Shown here: positions 39,416-51,019 of the stretch, one piece after another
Layout of the letters: every line of letters begins with the position of its first letter
How positions within the stretch are numbered: the first letter of the stretch is position 1
NCBI GenBank assembly: GCA_965153285.1
Contig: OZ229115.1
Source: Podarcis tiliguerta
Lineage: Eukaryota
Reading direction: 5' to 3' (one strand)
Length of the DNA stretch: 64,000 bases
The notes under the pieces: model-generated
Database searches by the model: none
The model's input: the letters and a program-made list of their open reading frames with translations, nothing else
Told to the model about the DNA's origin: nothing
Made by a program: the position numbers and the translations under genes

Positions 39416-41754
39416 CTTAAGAAAGCAAATAAATAAATAAATGGAATCAGAAATCATTCTAAAAATGGATGGGTTTTGTTGTTCAACAAACATTTATGGC
39501 CTCTGTTATGCAGCATGGAACAAAGAAGTATATTGTGTTTAACTATTAAAACAGGGTAACAGCAGTTCTTCTCCCCTGAAAAGTGTTGGTGGATGAGGAG
39601 GCACTGTTAGCCATTGATCAACCCCTGTAGCACATCTTTCTTTTCATCTGTGATTTTTCTGACTGATGGTAGATTTGTTCATTATGAGGTGAAGCTTTTA
39701 GCAAAAGTTGATCCCCAGTAGGGCTCTTTCCATCCTCCAAGAGCAGGATTGTACTTAAATATAGGTAAAATACTATTTATAATCAGCATTTTAAAGAGAA
39801 CTGTGAAAATCAAATTACTGTTCACACATTGGGATCCCTGATTCATAGGACATTTCATTAATTTGAGATCATTGGATAAAAGGCATGCTGATTATTGGCT
39901 GCTAGTTTGATAAGAGTTGAATCAGAAGTAGCCTTTTGTATTTGAAATGAAGTTGGCATTTCATTATTATTATTTTTTACAATTGGTATACTCTTCAGTT
40001 TGAGTGTGGCTGCTATGATACAGGCAAAGTGATTTGCGTCATGAAACAGGGAATTGCCAATTGGACAGCAGGTATTTCCTCTGAATTAGAGGAATGGAAT
40101 GAATATTTGAAACATTTTAAAATGAAAATAGTCAAGATACAAATGCTTCCTAGACTAGGCTATTATAAAACAATGTTGTTGTTGTTTTAAAAAATAACAT
40201 CAAAAGGCAAATTGCCTTTATTCCTTACTCGAATTATGCATTGTTTTTATACTATGTTGCAGTAGTCAGAAGCAATATTAAGTGTCAGTTGAGCGTGGAA
40301 AAAGCTTAACCTTCGCACAAGATGTTTCATACCTGCAAGAAGCATTCAGGCTGCCGTTTAAGCTTTAAAAAGTTTCAGTGTCTTTCCCTGGATATCATTC
40401 TACTTCTGTATACATAGCTAATGTGTTCTTTTTATTCTGTTATTACTAGTTGGCCACTAAATTGAACAGAGAAATAGAATTGTGAAAGTGAAAACTATTA
40501 TGTTTCTAGTCCTGACAAGATGATAGTGCTGTTACTTCCTTCAGTTTTGAACAAGCTGTAATTTAGAAATAATGACAGTGGAATGTGCTGCACTGACAGA
40601 TAATGTACATTCACAGCAGTATAGACATTAGGCAAAAATCAGCCCCAGGGGGTGGTATTTGGGAGGCAGGGGGAATTAAAAAGACGGTGACAGTCACTGG
40701 TCACACACACACACAATTTTGCAGCTTATATAGGAAACGCATACTATGCCCCTTCTCATCCCTGGCCTAAATTTCTAAGGCCATTAAAATCTTTTAGGCT
40801 GTAATCCTATATAAACCTGAGCGTAAGCTCCATTTAAACTGAACTGGACGTGTTTCTGACTTGACATGCATAGCATTAATCTTATTTTGGTGGGGGTATT
40901 AGCATCATTCACTTAGCTTTACATTTTTGTGAACCTAATCACACTAGACATTGAAATACAACTTTATTTTGTGCCGTCCAAATAAATTCAATCCCAAATA
41001 TGTATCCTTGAAATTAGCAGTGTAGCTCCCAGTAGTGGTCAGTGGGGGGTGGGGGGTGGCAGCACTAACCTAATTTCCCTAGTTTACTGTGGAGGAGCGA
41101 GTGAGGTGGGCATGATGCAAATGCACCAGTGGGAGCACCAGATTGGCTCCAGTGATGCATTTGCACCATGGTAACCTCACCACTGGGCTCCCCATAAACC
41201 TCGGCTGCACTGGTGAAGTTGCTGTTCCATTTCCCAAGCCACTACAGCTATGGTGCCCAGCTCTCATTCCACTTTGTTAGCCAATAGAGTTGCTTGGCAC
41301 AGACTGGCTCTCTTCAAGCCGTAAGTGCTCACACCAGAGTACATCTGGAATTGTTTGCAGTGTAATGGGAGAGCCAGTCGAGACACAACCTCTACCTGGT
41401 CATGGTTCGAAGCCACACTGGAATGTGAATCACGGGGCACATTTTGTCTATGATTTCCTTCTACCTGCAGTTCCCCAGCTAGGAAGATAACTAGAGAAAG
41501 GATAATTGCAAGGCATAAGAGAGGCAAAGATTTTGTGCTTCACTGACATGCTTTTAATTTTGCAAAAATTTAATACAGTTTTCTTAATTTTCTTGGAAAT
41601 ATAAAATTGGCCCTGTTTCAGAAGGCCTTGTTTACCTTTGCTGTCTGCCTCAGATCTCAGGAGCAGGTAGGCTAGAAATATACAGATACATACAGAAATA
41701 GATTATTTAAAAATGAAAGCATGAATATTTATGAGCATCGTTATTAACATACAG

Positions 41755-41883
41755 GTACGTAAGGAGTACGGCAAGTGCTTCAGACATTCGTATTGCTGTG
41801 GAGGATTGCCAACAGAGAGCCCACACAGTTCAGTAAAGGCATCGACTACAAGAACTAGTGCTCGCTATTCCTCTGGCACTCAG
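41755..41883 (+). CDS. ADGRL2: ADGRL2 exon: helix 8 and proximal tail ([15 protein letters not shown]...SSGTQ)
   Basis: acag|GTA acceptor, CAG|GTAACA donor; 129 nt, phase 0-0. Confidence 0.94.
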
Positions 41884-43049
41884 GTAACAAACATTTTGAC
41901 AGAACCTTTTAATGACAGCATCTTTTAATTAACCTTGCTTATAAAAAGCCCGCTGAGATGCGTTCCATTCAGATGCACTAATTGTGTTCTCATTATAACA
42001 GCCTTGATGACAATTGCATGCTTTTTTTATATATTCTGGGCCTGATTCTAAACATTCCTTCAAGGTTGAGCTTGATAGTAGTTAATTATTTTTTATTTTT
42101 TTTAAAAAAAAGAAGACACTAACAACAAACTCTCTTATTGGTCCATAAGCAGAGTTAGAGCTTACTTATGGCCAGAAAGTGGCCAAGAGATGTGATTTTT
42201 TAATAGCATGTATAGTCAGCAGTAAGTCTGAGACATGCTTAATATAAATCAGTTCGGGAGACTACATGTTTCACAAAAGACTTTCCATTTTACATTTGTA
42301 AATATAACCATTTTCAGGAAGTACTCCCGTATGCATAATAATACTACAAGTAGAGAAAGATAGTAGCCTGATTGGACTGCCTGTTTGATCAGTGACACTA
42401 AACATAAATACATTGTTACTATTCCTTTGAAAAAGAAGTCCAAACATTTGCTTTCTGTTAAATTTATTTATTTTTAATGCAACTAAAGAAGCAACCAACA
42501 AATGCATTCAACCTCACTTTTCTTTATGTAGCCTAGGCCACTTCCCTTATCAAAATGCTGCACAAGACCTTCCTAAACTTTAATGCCAGAGCTCAGCTAA
42601 AAGAACGTGCATTAGAGGACTTTCCAATCTTAATAATTAAGTGCATCACTTCCCTCTACACTTTGGGATTGAAGTTAGTTGCAACTCAGCCTGGGCACAA
42701 GACTAAGACTGTCCAGGACTAAGTGCTCAGGCTGAAGAGAAAGATACCCAGCAGCATGAACCAACTGATGTCCTAAGTGGCCACCAAAGAACCAGAAACT
42801 AGTTTGAAGCCAAGCGTACCACAGCCAGTTCCATACTCCTCTCCAATACTTTGGTCGTAAGAACATGCATCGCGGCAGGCATGACAGAGAAGTAGGTTAA
42901 CAGTGCAATTCTGTGCATGCTGACTTGCAAGTAAGCCCCACCGTGTTCACTGGGTCTTACTCCAAGGTACGCTTCCGTAGGATTGTAGCTAAATGTGCCA
43001 GGTTGCCATGTAAGATGTGACAACTATGCCCTATTTCTTCCGTTAACAG

Positions 43050-43146
43050 AGCCGAATAAGGAGGATGTGGAATGACACTGTGAGAAAACAATCTGAATCA
43101 TCCTTTATCTCAGGTGATATCAATAGCACTTCAACACTTAATCAAG
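43050..43146 (+). CDS. ADGRL2: ADGRL2 exon: cytoplasmic tail ([32 protein letters not shown]); not in ORF track
   Basis: aacag|AGC acceptor, AAG|GTCAGT donor; 97 nt, phase 0-1. Confidence 0.95.
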
Positions 43147-46100
43147 GTCAGTTGCTGGACACATCACACTCTAGTTTTGTTCTTTCGGCGGTATTTTTTC
43201 AAATAAGAATTTAGGAGAATTGGGTTGCAGTAAATAAATCAAATAAGCAGATGTGCTCTGGGGTAGGTAGGTTAAATATCTCAGCATTGGAATGGAAACG
43301 CGTACACACACACACACATTGTATAAAATTATAGCTCAACTCGGTCTTGAACACATTTAAACCTTAGTTCCCTCATGCTCTTTGCTCAGGATTGAATCTG
43401 ACATTCTTATTCATGGAAATCGTATTTAAATAAGTCTCATCAATAATTTAAACATAAAAGCAAGAACATAATTTTAAACTTTTGCTAACCTTTGTAGTCT
43501 AAAACTGAAACAGAACTATACCAGCACAGTGACATTGTAAATGCATAAGATTTCCATATGCGGACATTTTGCCTGTGAAATCAAATTGACATCAGCTCTA
43601 TACAAAAGACATCTGCAAATAGGGTTTCCCCCACAGTATAGTTTTGATCATATCTGTAACGTACAGCATTTGTCTGCCACATGACAACCTGAAAAGAAGG
43701 AAGGGAGGGGAAAGCCACAGAACAGACTTAAGATGTCTGGTCACAGTTTTATCACTATAACTCAGATTGAATGTTCTCAGGCATTCAAGACTTCACAGAA
43801 GTATACTAAATGATTATGAAGGCTACCCATGCCATCTCCAGCAGTAAACTAACCAAAGCTTCTCATCCAAATCTTAATATATTAATAGACACTTTATCAA
43901 AAAATACTAATGTACAACTATGTACCCCCAAAAATCTCAATCCAAAACCTGCAGTATTATCTATTTTGTTAAAATCCAAACTGAGATTATAGGGAGGTCT
44001 TTTCTGGTGGTTTGTAATAACAAAAAAGAAAAAAGCCCAATAAATCTAGGTTGATCCACAAGAAAATTCCAAAATCCACAGCTGATGTTGTTAGCTATAA
44101 GGCATGCATCTGGAGTCTTGATTGATGTTTCAGTTCCTTTATTAGGACCAACTAAAATGTCAGAAAATAGTGAGCAAGCTTTCGTATTCCTCAGACACTT
44201 CACCAGGCCAAAAGTTGCACAAAGCAGGGAGTGTGGGGAAAGGGAGACAGATATGGAAATCCACCTTTGGAATAAATCTAGATCTGCTACCCCCAGCCTA
44301 GCGCTGTCCAGATGTTGTGAACCAACAATCAGCCCTTCGGCCACAGCCAGCTTTTCTGGCAAATTGAAAATGCTGCTAGGGTAGGGGACCACTGTGATTT
44401 TAACAAGGAAAAAAAATAACCCAATTACAGCCTCCCTCTCTCCCTTCCCAGAGGAAGTAACTTCTTATCTAGGCTGTTACCACGTTTTTCTGAATGCTGT
44501 ATCCCCCTGATGCCACAATAGAAAGTTTCCATTCCTTCAGGGATTGGTGTTGGGGTAGTGGAGCCAGAATGTCTTTTGTTCAAAATCATGGTACAACCAA
44601 TCTCAGATGCTTCTTTCTCCGTAAAGAAATAGGAAATGGATGTAGAATAGCTGCTGGCTGACATTTATCCCTGGCAAGCAACATCTGCATAGGCCCTAAG
44701 CCAGATTTTATTTTATTTTTTAAATGGCATGTGAATAGAACATATAGCACTTCTTTTTGTTGGAAGAAGTAGAAAATCGTCCATTGTCTGACTGGTTGTA
44801 CTGCCAGCATCTCCTCCAGTTTCTTTGCAATTCTAGGGTCTGCTGTATTGAGCTAGCTAGTTGGGCACAATCTTTAAGAGAAAACAGCAAGTCCCATTTG
44901 AAAGCTTCCACTAATTTCCATGAGTTTTTGTGCACCGGGACTTTCCCTATGAAATGTGCTCTGAACTTCTGGTAGCCAGTGCTGCATTTTTCAGTTAATA
45001 ATAATAAAAAAGACCATGACCTTTGAGTTCTCAGAGCCAACACACTAGAGTTAGAGAATCGTTAGTCTTTCCGCCACAGCGCAGAAATTAAGACGGAGGT
45101 GGGGAATTATGGTAATTAGCTGAAATTGCCATGTGGTGTAAAGTTTGCAATGTACAGCATAGGGGAAGATTCTTTGAATTGCACTTTCTTGTATTTAGAT
45201 TGCATCTTTAAAAAAAAAAGTGAAAATCAAATAAATGAAACCAAACACCAAATAAGATTAACATAATCTGTCAGTAAAGCAATTCCCTGAACTGCAGGAT
45301 TTTTGCTACCTACAGTAATAATATTTTGAGTAGTGATAAAGGCATTAATATTTAAAATGTAATATCTGCTGCTATTGCCACAATGAGAACCTAATCAATT
45401 TAAATTTTGTATGTAAATTTTTTGGCTGCTCTCTATCTCATTCTGGACATGTAATATATTCAGACAACATCTACCTCTCCTACCCACTGTCACACTGCTC
45501 AACGGAACGGCACTTTCGCCTTGCTTGTGTATATATGATGCATTTGGGCCCACAAAGACTGCACTATAATTCCATCTCCCCTGACAACTGTATTAATTTA
45601 AGATACCCAAGATCAATATGGGTTTTTCAAATGCCTAGTTTTTAACAAATTGCTTAGAAACTTTCTCTGCTTCTTTAGAGGGCATATGCAAAAAGTGTTG
45701 ATGCATTGGGATTGAAATTGCAGAAATAAGCTGTTTGCTCTAACTTTCAGTGTGTTCATTTAAGATTATTGTTGCAGGGAGGACAGACATAACTTAAACA
45801 TAACTCACTTAAAAATCCTAACACATAGCATTGCGGCATGAATCCGTTTCTCCCGTAAGAATTTATGAATGATTTGCCCTCAACTCCAACCCCCCACCCC
45901 CTCCATGCCTCCCCTTAAGCATGCGCTCCTTTGCATATAACAAGAAAGGCTTCATGCAGCTTGCCATCACTTACCTTTGGCTGAAGAGGTTGTTTTTCAC
46001 TTGCTCCCCCCCCCCCCCCCCAGCTAAGTTAGTAATAAACCCTGTAGGTTTCAGAGATTGACCAGCGTGGCTCTAAATTAACACAATTTTGATTTCTCTA

Positions 46101-46478
46101 TTACGGCGCCTATTACCCATGCTTAAGGTTAGAGACATTAAGCTGTAACATCTTGAAATAGAACATTGGTCTTTGCGTTTAATTGCTATTCTTGTTTTAA
46201 CAGTGATTTTGTATAAATTAGCAAATGTCATTCTTAGCAGGTGTTTACTTTGGGGATTTGGCCAGCACCTGTGAATTACTGAAATCTAACTACATTTTCC
46301 CTCTCGTCCTTCAAATTAGTAGTTCAAATACATTCAGAAATGTTCGGCTGAATCAAATTTGACAAGATATACACGACTCATGATGACATTTTTGTAAAAT
46401 ATATATATATATACTTTATTGGACCTGTCAGAATCAAATTAAGGAGCTGATGTCTCTCTTTCTGTTTCTTTGCTTTAG

Positions 46479-46607
46479 GAATGACTGGCAATTACCTACT
46501 AACAAACCCTCTTCTTCGACCACACGGCACTAACAATCCTTATAACACATTGCTCGCTGAAACCGTTGTATGTAATGCCCCTTCAGCTCCTGTGTTTAAC
46601 TCACCAG
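46479..46607 (+). CDS. ADGRL2: ADGRL2 129-nt tail exon ([43 protein letters not shown]), probably a cassette
   Basis: tttag|GA acceptor, CAG|GTGTGC donor; symmetric phase 1. Confidence 0.93.
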
Positions 46608-46870
46608 GTGTGCCCACACTTTGGGATATGTTGCTTTTGCTTTTGTTTCTTGATGGTATTTTGCTCAGAGCCTCCGTCGGTTAATTTGGCCGGAGACCTA
46701 GAATTGACGTCCATATATTTCTCTCTCTCCGTCGAGACGTACTGCTGATAACGCCAGGCTTGTAAAACTGCACTATATTATAGTGATAATGCCTTTGCCA
46801 TAATAGTATTTGCCAATAATCCTCCCATGTTTTTAACACAGGTGGCATAAATCTTAATATACTATTACAG

Positions 46871-46923
46871 GACTGACACTCCATGGTCCGAGAGCCCATC
46901 TTCAAGATATATATCACTTAGAG
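46871..46923 (+). CDS. ADGRL2: ADGRL2 53-nt frame-shifting alternative exon (GLTLHGPRAHLQDIYHLE)
   Basis: tacag|GA acceptor, GAG|GTATCA donor; phase 1-0; resembles the recalled mammalian LPHN2 isoform peptide LTSHGLRAHLQDLYHLE. Confidence 0.8.
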
Positions 46924-47630
46924 GTATCATGTCTATGCAATATAAAATTAATCTGAAGCTTGCTGAGAAACAATCTGCTTACGGAGTCGATCAGACAATT
47001 AAACGCACAAAGAGGCATATTGACACCCGGATCGTCCTGGTGTGGGAAACTGGATCCGGAGTCATATTTAGAGGCAAACTATAGTATAGTGCAGCTTTAT
47101 AGGAACTCCCCCATTCCCCCTTTGGCTAGAATTAGAAGAACATCGTTTATGTGGGATGCACAGTCTGATCCTAAGACGTATTTGCTGCACCAGCAACTAT
47201 GTGCTTAGGATGGGGCGTACCTCCTGCTCTGCTATGAGCAACTGTCTCCTAACTCGACACTGCTCTGATGCATTATTTAGTTGCCAGTACATTAATTCAG
47301 CGCTACGGGCAGCCATGGTAGCATCAGGATGTCAAGGCTTTATTACTAACCCTACCTTTGTTATACTATACTATCCAACTGCTTTTCTTAACTTCTGAGC
47401 CAGTTCAAAAATTAATGCATCTTTATTAATTATTAGTGGAATAAGCCATCAAATATACTAGCCTCGAATGTAATTGAAATTCTGTGTTAAGAATTTTATA
47501 CTTTGTTATATATATATATCTATATATAAAAAGCTGTTGTTACATGTCAAAGTTCCTTATTCTTTAAAACTGAACTGCAGTTTCTATGTTCATTCTCGTG
47601 TTTTCTTACTTTCCTTATGCTTTCCTCTAG

Positions 47631-47682
47631 CAACCTACAGAGAGACAAGTATGGGAGTAAAACTTAACTTTGCCTATCAAAT
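47631..47682 (+). CDS. ADGRL2: ADGRL2 alternative exon with two donors: 18 nt (ATYRET, ends 47648) or 52 nt (ATYRETSMGVKLNFAYQ); read-through ends ...YQM* at 47686
   Basis: Strong pyrimidine tract and ctag| acceptor; donors CAA|GTATGG and AAT|GTAAAT; similar to the recalled latrophilin-3 YRETSMGVKLNIAYQ segment. Confidence 0.8.
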
Positions 47683-49365
47683 GTAAATTTTTTCAGCATG
47701 ATTTTTAATGGGCACAATTAAAATATAACTAGCGGTCATGAAGTAGACTCAGCGGGCAAGTGGTTCACAATTTGAAAAATGAAATATTTCCACGCTCAAA
47801 CAGTACATGTGTACTGCTTTTCGGAGAACAATCTAAAAAAAAATAATCAAATATCAAAAATCTAATCACAAGAGGTCTGTAGCAAGCCCTATTGGTAACT
47901 TATGATATCCAATGCTGAAATAATTTGCTGCTTAAAACCAGAGCACAGTTGAGCAGAAATGCTTAATAATTGACTTAACATTTCCACATTCCCACAGTAA
48001 TCTTGCTACAGGCTATGAAAGACTTCAAGTGAATTACCTGATCACGGGCAACTAAACTTGCCTCTTTAAAACTGGTTGAAGTACATTCAAGTGTGCTTAA
48101 CTCTGCAGTATATCATAGAAAATTCATTTTGGATTATTAAATATGCTTCAATATCTCTTTAATAGAGGATAAAGTATTAGATTATTAAAAAGAGAGAAAG
48201 AGAGAGAGAATGCCTTCAGAGGGGAAATTAATGCCGGCATGTGGTCCAAGTGTTGCCTCTCTTATAAATGCCATATGTTTCATATGGATAAAGCTTTTGC
48301 AAGAAAGATCTGGGAACATATATGAAAATACCCAGCTACAAAAGTTGTTTAATCAAAGCCTAGAGAGGCTTTCAAAGAATTGCTATCCTTTTAACTAATT
48401 CAGTACGCATGGATGGCTAGAACAACACAATACAAGATTAGCTGCAGTTATTCCACTTCAAAAAAAACAACAACTATTCTTTGACCAAAGAAAAGTCACT
48501 TTTTGGGCATCAACCCAATCTTTCTATCTTTATAGAAGCAACTTGAATTTTCTTGCTTAAGCTGCAGCTTTAAGTGCAGTCTGAAAGTAAAACAGGAAAC
48601 GTTCTTAGAGGCACACACAATCTTTTACTTCTCTGTAACAACTCCAAGCCTTGCATGTGATGCAGCAGCCTCACAGTGGTCAGATCCATTCCAACAACAG
48701 TATTTCATTCTTTCTTAATTCCCCCCCCCTCCAAACATTGCTCTAGAATTCTAAAAGCGATTCTTCTAAAAGTTCACTAACAAACCATCTAACTTTATCC
48801 ATGATCCATGCCATTCCGTTTCTTTCATAGCTTTCTTTTTCTTCTTTGCCTGGGAAGCACTGTGATGTCTTAAGTTTACATGTCTTTTGTGTCTCCAGAA
48901 AAAAAATGGAATTTCTTTGTATAGAAAAAGAGCATGTCACCATAAAATTCCAGTCGCCCCCCCCCCTTTCTTTCCAAAACTTCTTTTCATCTTTCCCGCA
49001 GATGTATCCAATTTCTCCATTTCTCCAGCAGTTGAAAGATATCGGCCCTGGCTGATAAATCTCCTCCCATTCCACAGCTAATATCTCTTCTTTGGTTAAT
49101 TTCTGTGACCCATGCTTAGAGAAACCCTTGACATCTCTGCTTTTGACTTCCATACGCCCATAATGTCTGTGGGCCTAACTCTTTAACAGACTATGCTGGT
49201 TCATTCAGTGCTGTCACTGTGACTGATGCAAGCTGCAGGCGAACTTTGACCTCCTGAAGCCTGCCACCGTTGCTGGCGGAGAGGATACTAAAACGCAACC
49301 AAAAATTAAAAATGAACAAAACAAAAATCATATTGGGGAAAAAAAGAGAGCTGTTATTGCTAGTA

Positions 49366-49553
49366 NNNNNNNNNNNNNNNNNNNNNNNNNNNNNNNNNNN
49401 NNNNNNNNNNNNNNNNNNNNNNNNNNNNNNNNNNNNNNNNNNNNNNNNNNNNNNNNNNNNNNNNNNNNNNNNNNNNNNNNNNNNNNNNNNNNNNNNNNNN
49501 NNNNNNNNNNNNNNNNNNNNNNNNNNNNNNNNNNNNNNNNNNNNNNNNNNNNN
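49366..49553. other. Assembly gap (N run)
   Basis: Ns. Confidence 1.
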
Positions 49554-50264
49554 ATGGTGCTTGTGGGCCTCAATCCCTGTTAGTGTGAGAGGTGGCTGTC
49601 TGTGCTTAACATGAAATCTATGTACTTGTCCATTTTTTTCCATTCTTTTCTTTACTCCATCTTCAGATAAATAAATAAAAACCACACACACGAGAGGAAA
49701 TGTTAGAAATGCTATATATTAAAATAGTTGCTTGCCAGTTACGTGGGTTTATTGTTACACATTTGCCTTCTGTTTCGTATGTGACCTGATTCCTTTTTTT
49801 TCTTTTTTTAATTTAGTGTTGTTTAGGACAAATTATGTTGCGTTCATTCCCCTCCCCCCCCCACCAAATCATGGTGTTCCACTAAAAATATAAACGTTGA
49901 TGAATAAATTGCTTTGCATTACATATGCAAGCGCATGGAGTGACCATTCTTTTCCTTGAGGGAAGAGCTATACAACTGGGTGCTAAATTGTTGCATTTGA
50001 ACCTTTTCCATTTGTTTTCAAATTCCTAAATTCAAAGTATCATTGACGCTCCACGGAAAAGCAGTATTCCTCTGTAAAATTCTCTCTCTCTTCTATAAGG
50101 TGCGTAACTCCTTACACTTTTGGGGAAGTCCCGTCCCCCTCACGTTCCTCGAGTCTTAATTCCAAGTACAACTTTGTCCTGAACCACATTAAAGACCCTT
50201 ATAGAATAAGAACGTTGGGCTCTGGTGTCGGCAATAACCCGAAGATGTCCCTTTTCTGTTTCAG

Positions 50265-51019
50265 GACATTCACTGAACAATGCCAGGGATACAAGTGCCA
50301 TGGATACTCTACCGCTAAATGGTAATTTCAACAACAGCTACTCTTTACGCAACGGAGACTACAACGACAGCGTGCAAGTTGTAGACTGTGGGCTAAGCCT
50401 GAATGACACCGCCTTTGAGAAAATGATCATTTCGGAATTAGTACACAACAACCTGCGGGGCAGCAGCAAGAACCACAACCTAGAGCGCACATTGCCAATC
50501 AAAGCTGTGATCGGCGGGAGCAGTAGTGAAGATGACGCCATTGTAGCAGATGCTTCGTCTCTGATGCACAGTGATAACGCCGGCCTGGAGCTGCACCAAA
50601 AGGAACTGGAGGCACCTCTGATTCCCCAACGGACTCACTCCCTTCTGTACCAGCCACAGAAGAAAGTGAAGACGGAAGGAACAGACAGCTACGTGTCCCA
50701 GCTGACGGCCGAAGTTGAAGACCACCTCCAGTCCCCCAACAGAGACTCTCTGTACACAAGCATGCCCAACCTCAGAGACTCTCCTTACCCGGAGAGCAGT
50801 CCCGACATCGAGGAAGACCTCTCTCCCTCCCGGAGGAGCGAGAATGAGGACATTTACTACAAGAGCATGCCAAACCTTGGAGCTGGCCATCAGCTTCAGA
50901 TGTACTATCAAATCAGCAGGGGCAATAGTGACGGCTATATAATTCCCATTAACAAGGAAGGATGTATTCCGGAAGGGGACGTTAGGGAAGGACAAATGCA
51001 ACTAGTGACAAGCCTTTAA
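50265..51019 (+). CDS. ADGRL2: ADGRL2 terminal coding exon ([21 protein letters not shown]...QMQLVTSL*), class I PDZ-binding motif TSL
   Basis: tttcag|GA acceptor, long ORF, tandem TAA TAG stops. Confidence 0.97.

Noticed and set aside
43113-43146. Internal CAG|GTGATA alternative donor dropping 33 nt in frame
   Set aside because: Explained by the conserved S-G-D codons; weaker than the downstream donor; no other support
50140-51001. Antisense ORFs (up to 173 aa) over the last exon
   Set aside because: Expected shadow frames of a GC-rich coding exon; no independent promoter or splice evidence
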